From contig KZ538203.1 in assembly GCA_000934665.2 (NCBI GenBank), positions 1-64,000 of the forward strand: DNA of 64,000 nucleotides, written 5' to 3'. The stretch is from Catajapyx aquilonaris. Its lineage: Eukaryota. A model generated the notes under the pieces. The model searched no databases and was not told where the DNA came from. It worked only from the letters and a program-made list of their open reading frames with translations. Shown here in pieces: positions 1-13,300 of the stretch. Position numbers and translations under genes: made by a program. Numbering within the stretch: the stretch's first letter is position 1; every line of letters begins with the position of its first letter.

Positions 1-620
1 AAGAAGCATGGTTGTACTGATAACCTCTTCGTGATCTATAATTATGATCGGTCTGAAAATTCAGATCAAAAAACCCCTTCATCATCCGGTGTGTGGACAG
101 AACAATGAAGGTGTGCTGAGCCCAAAAATTGTCTTGATAATTTCTCTGTAGAAGTCGAGTAATTGGTTGCATTCAAAGGTCAGAAGGTTACAGATGCAAT
201 CAGGAGTCGGTTTCTTCTCCTTTCGGAAGGAAAGTGTTGGAGACCTTCGAAAGAGATGGACTTGAAGGAAGTGCTTTTTTGCCCTTCGCCTGCTGGTCAC
301 ATTGGCCTTTCTCTTTTATTATCATATCATACAGATTGCTTTCATTGGTATCAGTCACCATGTACCCACTGATTTTTTTGAACACTTGTTGACAAAAATG
401 TTGATAATGAAACACATTTAGAAATGACCGCATATGACCATATATGGTCGATTCTCACCTTGAGTCCCATGTTTACGTTTTATACAACCGACACTTTCTG
501 ACATGTTTACACTGTTCTTCTTTAAAAAAAATATTGCTGCGCTTTCACTCCAAAGAGGATAAGTTTTGCTCCATCTCTGATTGGTTCCGGAGCCCCCAAA
601 TGCCACCGCAGTCAGATGGG
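1..620 (+). mobile_element. Decayed piggyBac-like element (right end; left end not in window or not recognised)
   Basis: Degenerate translation 145-183 SVEVE*LVAFKGQ resembles the piggyBac SVDEQMVPFKGR motif. It is followed by RPSKEMDLKEVLFC (cf. KPxKxGxKxF) and HVYVLYNRHFLT (cf. HxVYxDNxFTS). The segment ends in GGG|TTAA at 618-624, the piggyBac terminus plus TTAA target site. Confidence 0.55.
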
Positions 621-3600
621 TTAAATGTTTAAGCGAAAGTCAATTCGCAGCGGGCAGTTAAGTCCATAACTGTGTGGAACCAAGGCAGTGTCCTGGAACA
701 AAGCCATCTTTGTTGTGGGAGACGTAAAAAAAAAAGCAGAGCTTGTTTCCTATGCCCTTGTGGCTGGTGTAGTTTTAGGCTCACAAGTATAGCTAGCTAG
801 GCGTAAAGAAAGGCGGGTCCCTAGCTAATAGCTCTCCAAGAAATTTTCTCACGCGTAATCCCTTCCACATAATAACTCACCGTTACATACGACTGGTTAC
901 AATTATTCTGGTGCTGTAAAACTAGGGAGGTATGTGAAAAGTTGAGCCATTTTGTTAAAAAGAAGTTAAGACGGTTCTATATGAGACACTGATATGCAAG
1001 TTAGCAAAAATAATTTACTATTCAAGTCTAATAAACAATTAGTTACATCATTCTATGTAACATTTTTTTTAAAAAGCTATCATTGACGTGCAGATGATTA
1101 ATGACATCACATAGGGTCGAATGAACAGGTGTAGCTGGTTTGATCATCGACGAAGACGTGCATTCAGGTTTCATCTGATATGACTAAGATGCATGACAGG
1201 CAACACAAATCATTTGGGCAATCACATTTCATTCGTATCTCGCCGCCATTAATCGCCTTACAAATTAGAAAAAAAAGTTTCAAAATAATTTATGATTCAA
1301 GTCCAATCTTTTCATTAACTGTAATGTATGAAACTATAACGCGACATTCGCAGCATGAAGGTGATGACAAGTATACCACCGGTTGACCGCATTTAATTTT
1401 CATGGGAAACTATCATTGACCATTAGTGACACATTGGGTCCTCCTGTCATATTCAGCCAAGACACAGTTATGATAACCTGACCACAACGCGTTCAACCAC
1501 CACTGTTGTGTAAGGTGGAATGCACCAGTACAGTAGGCAACAGTGACAGGTAGAAGTGACGAGGAACCACGCCCAACTGCGATAGTTAGGTAGGTAGCTA
1601 TGCGTCCCATGACGTCACGTGTCCCTTATTGCGTTAGTCCCGTTGCATTGGCCTCGAGGATTACTTCTTGCTTGCAGTCCAAAAAGACTCCTTCCTTTCC
1701 TATCCACAGCATTAGCTATTCAGGTCAGGGCGTGCCAAGAGAATCAAACCATCACATCTCCTTCCTTTGCATCTGCACGCCCACATTTACCTACACTATT
1801 CATAAATTTAAGCATGGTTGAAAGATCCACCATTTTAGTTGTTTTGTACAGAATAGGATGTGAGTTGCAGCTCACCCACTCACAAGACTATGGGTACCGT
1901 TAGAGTAAACCTGAAGGCGTCGACCTTGTATTGCCCCCGTACATACCTCCGCTTTTTGCAGATACAGGGTGAGGCAACTCCAACAATTATAACTATAACG
2001 AATGTGACGTAAACTGTCGTACATAATGGACAAAATGGAGAAATTGTAGTAAGATACACATCTAGGTGAAAGTGACCTGCAGGTCGTACTTCCACACATT
2101 CCGTACCGATGATGATGCCCCTTAGTATAGAGACCTGATCTCGTATTATTCATTACTCCATTCATTTATCACCAAGTGCGACCTTTTCCGCGCTCACTTT
2201 CATTTTCACTACCGGGTTCGTGTTGCAACGCGAGATGCCCACACTTGCGTGTAGATACACTCTAACTGCCACAATCGCCACCGGAACACCGTCAAAAAAA
2301 AAAATTCTTTGAAAAGAAGCAAGTGTAACGTTGCATTAAGCACAATTGACATTGATGTTGGCAGATAAGGTTAATATTAGCCCGAACCAATTGTCCAAGG
2401 TTTCAACAATTCATACCAGTTGGACATTTCACAATTCATACAGTACACACAGTACACACAAAAAAATTGTCAGACGGTCATAAAAATCGTGTGAATGAAG
2501 TGGTCGCAAAGAGGTCACACCACCCTGTGAATTGGTATCCAATCATCCATACTATTGGTTACGTTTGATAATCTGGTTTTCACAGGGAAGCCCAAACGTG
2601 AGGAGCAAGAAATTGGCTCCACTGATTTGGTGTGATTCTGAAAGCGAATTTCGATGAGTAACTCAGTCCTGTGTAAAGTTGTTGGCCCGAAAAGTGCCCA
2701 CTTTTTTGTAGTCAGAAATAACTGGGCCACCCTCACCCAGTCAATCTGTTCGCAGAGTGGTTGCCAAGCAGAGCAAAACGGACTATTTGGCCATGGATCT
2801 ATCTGCATCTACTTTCACTCTAAAAAGGAAGAGGCTTCATCAAGGAAATTGACTGATTACGGTCAATTTGCAATATTTTTTTAAAAAATGCCAACCTGAT
2901 ACCCTTTATAAATGTCTATGCACGACCTTACCTTCTATATTTCTCCTTACCTTCCATATTTAGACGGTATTTTGCACATAGAAGGTAATTTATAAGGTAA
3001 ATGGTTAAAAGTGTGTGTTATATTTATCAAATAAAAATGAAAAGTGATGCAAAATATGCTTAATAGAAATTCGACAAGATGGTCACACACTTTACCGTGT
3101 TTGCACGCAATCAAGAAAAACATCAACAAGAATAATGCAGTCCTAAAAGATTTTCATCGAATGTATCATGTGTGAAATGTAGCACGCACTTTCGCAAACT
3201 GACCTGTCTAATACGAAGAAAAAAAAAATCGTCTAGGAGAGCTGTAAAGAGTTTCTAACCTTTCCCAACTAAAAACGGCGAAAATTGCCATAATCATGCG
3301 CATTTACCAAAGTGGAGCAAAAAGTTCAAACGTGAGGAGACATTGAGCCCTAACGAGCAAGCTGGACAGGTGCCCCATGAACAGGAACAAGAAAAAACTC
3401 TAATGAAAATTTTTGAGCATGACTATCCAACCATAACATTGCTTGAAAACCCGGAAAATCTGGGCCAATTAAAGCATTCGGATCATTACAGTGGATATCA
3501 AGAGATGCAACACCTTAGTTGTTCTACTTACAAGTCAAAAAGAATTGAAATGCAGAACGATCATTCAAAATGACTGTACAGTCAAGTACAGTGTACGTTA

Positions 3601-5649
3601 TAATGACTTCACACTTTCCTGGATTAGACCCAGATGATCAGAGCTGTTGAACAGATCTGGAGTGTCATTCTATTCAGATTTGTCAAAGTTAGCCAAGTGT
3701 TGCACGTCTTTGAATGGGGTTGCCATCAGGCAAATCAAAAGGAATCAGGGTCGCCTCTATAGTTTTTGTGTAAGTTAACCTACAAGCCTACTGCCTCAAG
3801 ATAGTATGTGCTACTCTCTATTCATGAATATCAAGCAGAATTTGGAGAACATGCAAAAATATATACGGACCAATTGGTTATAATGGTGTGACCTTTCGTC
3901 TGGATGTTCCTCATTTTTTTATATAAGGAGTTGTTATCCAACCTGTTGCAAGCAGTTAGCCTAGTAGAATCAAAATTTCTGGCAGAAGAGAAACAAGACT
4001 ATATGCAAGTAGAACAGGCAAATTCTGGAAAGACCAGGGACGGCATTCCGAACCGGGTTTAACGGGACTCAAACGTTTTATGAAAGTATAATTCACGTTG
4101 GTGAGCAGCGTTTTGCGTTCCCTATTGGAACCTGTTCGTAGAAGCGATTTTCTAGCCAATGAGACAAGGAAGCCTCTTTTTCCAGAATTTTTTGATGGCT
4201 TACGTCAAAAGTGTTTGCGTTCATGCATGTTTCGGAGGCTTGATGTAAAGTAAGGGTTACATCCAGATGAGGTTTGTAGGGCGATGATGCTTATGGGCTG
4301 GAGGTCACCAGTTCGCGTGACATGTTGTCCTGCTCTATCACCCTGGTTTGTTCTAGCCATCTTTGTGCCTTGGCTTTGTTCGGAGCCAAAGAGCAACATG
4401 CATGTCGAGTTCATGGTATTGCGTATGACACATTTTCAATAATGGGGTGTTTCACTAACTACTTTTACAGCAATTTATTTCCAGCACTGCATTTGCTAAT
4501 TCTCTTATGGGAAAATGTACAATGATTTTCTTCAAGGGAACTTGAAAAGATGCTATTTTTCATAATAATTAAGCTGCAATGCCACCACACTTTCAGCGCT
4601 TTATAGCAGTGTGGTACGTCACGTACCACACTGCTATAATGGTACATGTACACCATTTTAATCGCTCTGAACTCCTTTCCATGCAGATTTTGAAACATGT
4701 CTTAGAAGCCACCTCATAGTCGTGATTGGCTTCGGTGACCACTTAATTCCACGCCGGATTTGCTCGTCTCAGATTCTATCTGGCGAACTGAGCTTCCTTT
4801 TTGGTGGTACGTTCCGCTCCGACTAGCTTTTGTGGTCGCTCCATCGACTTCCTCGTCTCCTTTGCCAGCCAGAACCTTTTTTCCTTCTCTACATCGGGCC
4901 ACGTCTATTAACATTCTTGCCCAAATATGACAACTTTTTCATACCCAAACCATGTTTGTGGACAACCACCGTTATTCCAAGATACCATTCAACGAAATAT
5001 TGTCTCTCGATGCGGCTCTCTAAAAAGGCCATATGATCCTGTACACTGTACAGAGAAAGGATGACCACTTAACGGGGTGTGATGGCTAGAATTAATGATG
5101 AAATTGCGGGGGCGGAGATCAAAGACCTGAGAAGTCTCTCCTCTCACACACGTATACTGGAAGGTCCACCAGCCATCTTGTTGGCGCCTTCCCTATTTTT
5201 CCACCTCACTATATACCTCCAAGGACCCTTTGGCTCGTTCGAATATATATATTTTTTGCTCTCCACCAAGCCTGCTTTTGTTGTTGGGCTCAAGGGCAGA
5301 GTTATATGGAATGTAGAATTCCTCCACTTCTAGGCCTCTATAAGGTGTCACCTTTTGTCCACCTTTGCTCAAGTGAAGCCTTGCAGAACTTGTGAAATTA
5401 GAGCGTTTCAATTTTTTAGCTGGTGGTAGGAGGAGGGTGACATATGTTTAAACTGTTAAATTGCTAGAGACAGGGAAATAGTTTTTATTCAACTAAATTG
5501 CGAAATTGTTGCGGAGGCACGTGTCACTTTGGGTTGATTAACCGAGTGAAGGAACCTGTAATTTTTTTTTGGGGGGGGGGGGGCGATTATCTTGGGGCAT
5601 GATCTGTGCGATTGCGGACTTTTGACCACTGGCAAAGGTCCAGGCATAC

Positions 5650-5900
5650 ACTGTATAATTTTCCGCCATAAAATTTGCCCCTAGCTGCATAATCGCCATG
5701 TTTTCATCGACTTATGCTGCCTCGTTATTACTGCAATAAAGTGGTGTTGATGAATGACTAGAATTCATAATCCAGGCTCTAAAAATGCAAATAAAACCTA
5801 AGCAGGGCGTAGACCTTGTTGTAGTCCGTTTCTTTTTTTTTTGGCTGGTCATTATTGTCGTCTTGGGAGTGTTGTCTTTTGATGTTGTTCGAGTGCAAAA
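5650..5900 (-). mobile_element. Decayed piggyBac-like transposase fragment
   Basis: Minus-strand translation NNIKRQHSQDDNNDQPKKKETDYNKVY (cf. IKxxLHxxDNxxxPKxxxxYDKxY), then VDENM at 5697-5711 (cf. catalytic SVDExM) and IQCMP (cf. KQYMP). Frames are interrupted and no TIR was identified. Confidence 0.4.
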
Positions 5901-8613
5901 CATATGGTGGAACTCATTTCCAGAACAAAAGATTTGCAGCAGGTGCAGCTTCACTTGGACCACTTTTCACCTCCAAATGGTCAGTGGAAAAAGCAGGTTG
6001 AGTGGGTCACATTTCCCCCCCACATATTCAAGTGGTCATTGGAAAGCGTCGACCGACCTCTGAACCCATAGGGATCTGTCACCCTGCTGTTGACCCTGCT
6101 TTCTTTCACCTTATTTCACACCATTCCTCCACAACGATATTGTTGATATTCACAATGAACTAAGCGCAATATTATCTCATCAGTTATTTATATTCAGGTT
6201 ATTGCTGTCATAATTTTATGGATTGACCAGTGAGCCATTATTTACAGGGAAATGTAATTTGTTTTAGTCTTGTTCTGAATATTCATATGCTTATTCGCAA
6301 GGTGTAAACTGGATTTTGCATTAAATTTGGGTTATCGCACATGTGCCCCAATTAACCGGAAGCTGTAAATCACGCACAGGTAGAGTCCTTGTTAGGAGGT
6401 TCTTTATGGTCGACTCTTCCTTAGCCCTTTTTTTTTCTTCCTCTGCTTCTTTTTTGGTGGTTCTTGTCCGGAGGCGTGAGGTCAGTCACTCGAGGCGAGC
6501 CTCGGCCGTTGACTCGCAGTAAGACCATGTTGAGCTCCTATAGGACTTCCCAAGTTTGTCGGCAAAACCATAGGCGGCACTACCTAACTTCTTAACCCGC
6601 TTGTAAATTTGCTTGCATGATGGTCAACCGCCCACAGAGAAATTATTTCCTTCCGGACACTAACTTCCTCCCTTGTCTCCGCATTCTTCTTGNNNNNNNN
6701 CCCCCCCCCCCCCCAACAACCCCGGCTTGTTTTTCCTTCGTAATAACCACACCCCACCATGCGTTAAGAACATATGAGGAAGTTCTTATAAAAATACTGT
6801 GACAAATGCCCATGGCGAACTAAGCCCTTTCAAATAAGGGCAATAATTATTACAACAGGTTTCATAAACACTACTTTTTTTTGCACTCTCTTAATAGATA
6901 CTTTCAAAACACAATCAGGTAGTGGGAAGGAAAAATTAACCTTGTAAGGCAAGGCACACCTGTGTAGGTGAAAGGTCGTCGGGTAGCTTATTGGACGCAT
7001 CGGAGACAATGGCTTTCACCTCCTTGATGGTCACTTATATTTGCACCGTTGCATCATGGATGTACCACAAACTGGTTTTTTACACCTTGTGACCAAATAT
7101 AAACAGATAGTAGGAAGTGGACATAAAACGACATAACTGGTTGCGTGACACTACATGCAGAATGCGTCCAGAAATGAAAGTTTGTCAACATTCATATTTT
7201 GCATACTGACAGCCCCTGCACAATTGGTTCATAGCCCGTGGAAAAATACGCAATCTTACCAAATTGTGGTAGATCCTATCCGAACTGGAACTCCGAAAAA
7301 TAAGGTGGTTGCACTTTAGGTCCGTCCTTAAAAACCACAGTTGAAACTGAGGAGCGAAGGGCGCGCACTTTCTCCTGGTATCCCGCCAAACCAGCACTGT
7401 GGCCACAGCCCCAGAGAGACTGTTCCTCGCAAGGTGTCTCCTTCAGCGCATGCGCACCTGAGCAAAACCCCCACCTCCAACACATGGCCATCCGGGTTCC
7501 TCTACTGCCATTCCGCCGAATTCCGTTACACCCCACTGCATTTAACTATATTAATTCACAAATACATATCGCACACTATGAGTACAATCCTGCCATGTAC
7601 ACAATCAGCAATCATCCACCCTTTCTGCCTGATTGCAATTCGGCTGAATGTATTTCGGCCAAATTCATTTAACGACTGGTTTTCTGGCATCCCCCAACAG
7701 CTTCTTCATCCTTCTCCAATCAAAAGAAAGTTGGGTTCGAAAATAACGCTCGGAGACTTGAACGGTGGAAGAAAATGGGAGCTTGCATCTATGGCAACAC
7801 TTTCCCCACAGTTTTTTTTTTACTTGTAGAGCACACTATTGTTTACTTTCCAAGTTTTCTACCCAGTAGGCTGTTTTTTTTCACAATTTGTCTGGCCTCA
7901 AAACTGTTTTTTTTGAGTGGTGCACATGGCTTCTGTTAGTCTTCCGTGCAGTTGCGTTCGGTTTCACTGTAATTGGCTGATGGACAGTACCGAGAGGCAG
8001 GAAAACTAGCTTTTGAGACTTCCGTTACACAAGGTCGGCGATCCAAACTCCGTTGTTCCCCAGGGAAATGTTTTTTTGTGTGTGTAAGTGTAACCTCCTC
8101 CCCTTTGCCCTCCCACCTTCATTTTACTATGATATCAAACAACACACAAAATCGGTGGACACAGGAGGTGGTTCTTGTAACCGACACTGAAACCGGTTGT
8201 AGGCACAATAGCCACTATCCGACGGTAATCAGCATGTGGCATACCGGTGCTAAAAGTTATCGACTGTCACGAGCTACGTTTCATGCGACTAGGTCAACTA
8301 AGTGACCATCTTCGTTGTGCAATACTGGATGCGGATTCGCGGTACAGTTTGTACGGTGGAAGTACACATCATGAATTTTAATAGCGTACTGTGTATGTAC
8401 TGCATGATAAATAAATTCGGCCAAAGCACTGCAGCACCTTTCGTCCAAAAAGGCATATGTTGTACACACTGTATACAGTGTACTACATATGTCTTTTGGA
8501 CAAAACGTGCTGTAGTGAACAAGTTTTACAGTGAACTTGACCCTGGTCTTTGCTCGCGACTATATAGACTACATTCCCGGTTCTAGGGTAACGATTGTGC
8601 ACATGCAAAATCC

Positions 8614-8710
8614 CTAATGAAGACGTCCTTTCTTACAGTTTAAGCATGTCAGACGCCGTTCTTCTTGATCGTTGGTATAGGTGAAGTACTTGTAGAATGA
8701 GCCTGACCCC
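8614..8710 (-). mobile_element. BED zinc-finger-like fragment (probable hAT transposase remnant)
   Basis: Minus-strand translation GSFYKYFTYTNDQEERRLTCLNCKK* fits the N-terminal half of a BED finger (aromatic-x-YF ... CxxC). It is truncated by a stop at 8614-8616. Confidence 0.3.
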
Positions 8711-10259
8711 AGGCGATGTAGAAGTATTAGGGAAGTAGCCTAATAGCCTATAGCAGGAAGTCTGCTGCAAAAGGTCACCTGAGGCTCCATTCCTTCACAT
8801 GTTTCTAACATCTTAACATAGCACTAGTTACATCACTTCTAAAACTACCGGCTCTATACCATACCAATGGAACTCGCTTTTTTTCGCAATTTCTCAAACG
8901 ATTTAAGTATTATGCACATGTGTGAGACAATTTTAATTAACGCAGTTTTGTTTGCTGTCTAGCAACTGTCACGTTCTGGAGCACAACCAAACGGGGGATT
9001 TTAATCACTTCGTCGTGCTGGTTGCCTCTAGGTACGTCTGCATTTTTGCAAAATCCGATGACTCAACATTTTAATATTGAATCATCAAAATGGACACATA
9101 TGTTTCGCTGTAAGAGGAAACTGCATTGTGTTTAGAAAGGGTTCGCCCATATTATATCCGAAAATGGTTCTTCCAAGAGGCCACTACCCGCGCTCGATTC
9201 TTATGACTGACTCATCCTGTTCATCATGCAGTAAACCATCCTGGGAGGCTCTTTCCGCAACATGTTCCGGGTCGGTGACCTCTGTAGAATGATCCTACTG
9301 TAATGTACAGCACATACCGCCACCTCTACCACCCGTATCTTTTAGCTGATTTACACTTTCCGTGTCATTCACGCCCGTATTAGGCTTCACGCCCAATTAT
9401 ATCGGGCTCCAATTAAAAAATTATATGAAACGGGGCTTTAGATGAGCCTTGCTTATGATACCATGTAATTAATTGTACAAACTAGTATTTCATGCTATTT
9501 CATTCATCAGTGTCACGCTAGCGGTATGTTTAATTACAAATGGGATGTTCATAGGATTCTCAGGTCACAGATTTTTTTCCCAACCAAAAATTTCAAATAC
9601 TTCTTAGGTGAAAACTATCTCTTCCCTCTCATCTACCCCCATGGGCAATGTTGCCTTGAAGCTCGATAATACTAACCGGAGATACCAGGTACAAAAAAAG
9701 GGAGATGAGCTCACCCGTACTTTTGGGTGCCCCAGACCATTTCAGACAACGCCTTGATATCTTGCCCTTTTTTTTTCTAAACTCACGATTTTCTTCTCAA
9801 GAGCTCACCTATCTATCAGACCGATCACTGACGTCACAGGAAAGTCATGGTAATTCTGGATTTATGTACTGGCACTAATAAATTGCGGTTGGGGATGCCA
9901 CACAGCATGAAGATTTCTCTTCCTGATCTCTTGTCACCAAGTCCGGATCGAACTCATCAATTATTTGAAGGGTGTAGTTTTGGTTGGGAGGGACATGATA
10001 ATTGGCAGGTGTATCCCCTTCAACGAACACGAAGCTAGAGAGAGGAATGGAGAGGGAGAGGGGGAAAAAAATGGGAATAAAATCATCAGAGACCATGCTG
10101 GTTGTCCTTGCTGTTGATTGAGAGATGAATTCTGCATCCCCAGGAAGTGGCCTTCAATGGGAGATGGCCAAGGATCTATGTGGTACATGCTCAAAAATGG
10201 GTCCCTCAATTTGTCCTCATGTGTCACATGTGACTCACTGAATGCCTATTTAAAGCACA

Positions 10260-10320
10260 TTTATTGGCACTAGGATTATGGAATGAATGACATGCCAATG
10301 GCAGTATGTACGATTTTATT
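10260..10320 (-). promoter_or_regulatory. Candidate polyadenylation signals of the FMO gene
   Basis: Two AATAAA hexamers on the minus strand (TTTATT at 10315-10320 and 10260-10265), 54-114 nt downstream of the FMO stop. Confidence 0.55.
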
Positions 10321-10373
10321 GCATAGTGTTGCGGATGATTGTAATATCTTCTCAGGCACTTTAATTACACAAT

Positions 10374-13300
10374 TTACTCAACTTTAAATGATGGATCACC
10401 ATTTGATACATCAAAGTGAATCTTTGTGTTCTTGTATCCTTCAAAGTCTGCAGCACGTCTCTTTGTGATCTCATCGTACAGAGGTTTCAAGTATGCAGGA
10501 TAATGTGGCACACCATAAACACGAGCCAAATCACCTACATATGACCACTGCGTATCGGACAATGTATGTCCTTGACGAGGTCTTAAACCAAGAGATGCAC
10601 ATCGTTGATCCAGATCCAGCTTGGCATCTTGATTCATTTCAGATTCAGTTGGAAGAGTTACTTCACCAGAAAGGATTTTGAGTGCAAATTGCACCTATAA
10701 AGATAGACTTTATTACACTGGCATCTCTCTCACCTTCACACAATCATAGTTATAGGTCGGTTTGAAAAGTTTTGCCTCCTAGGCAATAATTTTAATAATA
10801 GTAAATACACATGATAATCACAAACTGTATGTGTGGTGAAAGCTTGGACTCTCCTCTACCAAGTGGTGTCACTACTTCTCCATGAAGTCACCATCCCTAA
10901 TCACATGCATGCGCCAAAGTCAGACCAGTTGATGCATCATGTCAGAGAAGATATCAGGCATCTTCTCCAGGCACCAGCAATGCACATCTGGTTGCACCTC
11001 CGTATCACTGATGTAATGGTGTCCTTTCAGGTGTTCTTTCAGTTTAGTATTAAGGAAAAAGTCTCTAGGTGAGAGATACGGGCTGTATGGTAATTTACAC
11101 CATAACAATGCTCGTCCATGCACGAGTCGACAAAAGCAGGATGCACTGCAGCATCAGGCGCCATACAGCCTGTATCTCTCACCTTGTGACTTTTTTTCCT
11201 TTTCACTAAGCTGAAACAAGACCTGAAGGTACACCATTACACCAGTGATGCGGAGGTGCGTCGCTGGTGCCAGGAGAGGATGCATCAACTGGTCCGACTT
11301 TGGCACGTGCTATCGTGCATGTGACTAAGGATGGTGACTTCACGTTAAGTAGTGACACCACCTGGTAGAGGAGAGTCCAAGTATTAACCAGACATACAGT
11401 TTTTGTAATTATCTAGGATATTATTGAAATTATTGCCTAGGAGGCACAACATTTCAAACCAACCTCGAATATTAAATTTAGCCTATTTAACCACCCTGCT
11501 TATGAGCTCATGCAAGGAGAAAACCCAAATAACACACTGTACTAATGAAAGTTTTGATTCTTTCAGGCTTGGTATCAATTGGATTTATATCAATGTAGAG
11601 ATGTAGACTACTCAAAATTTATGTGCCTGAGTCTAAATTCCAGTTCACTTATTAATTATGTTTGTAAAATTAATTTAGAGATACACTTGGACATCTTTTT
11701 ATGCATTACAGTAATTAACCCAAGGATCACAAGAAAAAAGGTGAAGTTATCTCCTCATCTGCCTACGGACATGTTTGTGGCAGATACTTTTTATTTGATT
11801 CATCGGTGTGAATATTGTACACGATGCATCATAATTGAGCAGATATGGCTACACCTTATACATACATAGGCTACGTAGCATTCCATTAAAATGCTTTGTA
11901 ACTTTTGTATGGGAGGTGTTACTACAGCATGCTTGTGACATCTAAGTTGTGACTTCATCCCACTGTGAATAATATCTGCTGGCTAGACAACTCAGCTACT
12001 ATCACCCCTGATAGATTGCAGGTAATATATTCTCTGCAACTCACATGGGGCATAGTATCAAAATGTAACTGTCATCATATGCTGTAATGGTTGGGGAAGG
12101 TGTGGTGGCCGAGATGGTAGCATCTCGGCTTGCTGAGTGAAAGGTCCTAGGTTTGATCCCCGCCTGGGAGTTCCCTTTCACCTGTGTCGGGTGGGTCCCT
12201 GACCTGCACCTTTGGAGGTGTCTGACAACCTAACTTCCTGGGGGATTGCACAATGCACATGGCCTAACCTTGAGACATTGCACTTGCACCTGTGTCCCCT
12301 CCCCAAAAATCCCTATCCTCTCCCATTTTCCTGTTTCCTTGCACCGGAGATTGAAGAAAAAGCACAAGAAAATTGATGGTGGTGTACCACACCACAAAAA
12401 GGCCTGTGTAGGCCTATCACGGAGTAGAATTTAAAAAAAAAAAACATGCTGTAATGGTGCCTCCCAACAAAAATCATGTACTATAGAGCAATTTGGTCTC
12501 AAAACATGTCAAAGAATCTCCCTATGAGTCCATATTCAGGGGGTTACAGGTGGCTGTACAAGAGTAGCAGCCTATACATCGGTCCAATTTCTAATTGCAA
12601 CAGTTTTAGTAATTTAGTATGCTTACCTGAATATCAAATAGTGGAAATGGAATCACAGTTGATGGCAGTCCAACAAACACAAGTGATGGGAAGTGTGTGT
12701 GTATACAGTGTTTGTACAATGGTTGAACACAGTTATCTTTTACAATGACTCGGCATTCAGGTGCCAAAAATGGAAAGTAGTAATCGAATCCAGTACAAAA
12801 CATAATCGAGTCAACATCACAAGAGGTTCCATCTTTGAGGACAAAACCTGTCTCAGTGGCTCTAGAAATACCCGGTCTTTGGATCACATTATCAGGAAAG
12901 TGACCTTTAAGTGGAGGATGGTTATGAGATAAAATTACTTGTGCGGCCGTTCGGCTGATTTCAACAGCAATGTCTTGCCCTGAACTATGAGCCCCTAGTA
13001 GCAGAACTTTCTGGCCTGTGTAAATCTCTGGTGACCGATAGTCATGACTATGCATCACCCCTCCTTTAAATATCTTCATGTCTGGAATGGTGGGAGTGAA
13101 AGTCTTGAAGTAATGCCTGCATGTACAATAATTTCAAAATTACCAATCAGCATTAATTGAGTTAATCATAACATACCCATTGCAAATTATTACTGAATCA
13201 AACTCATCTGTTTGAAGTTGATCAGAATTAGTGGCTCGGACAGTCACATTCCAGCGGACTTGATCACCACCTGTCACAGGAACAACTGCTTCAACTTGAT

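Noticed and set aside
12092..12170. tRNA-like sequences (also 30870-30944 and 32945-33015)
   Set aside because: They have A/B boxes but continue into SINE bodies with tails and TSDs and lack a clean cloverleaf. They are not tRNA genes.
12978..12998. FMO NADPH-binding motif GAHSSG lacking the middle Gly of GxGxxG
   Set aside because: This position is known to vary among FMOs (plant and bacterial enzymes have non-Gly residues), so it is not evidence of inactivity.
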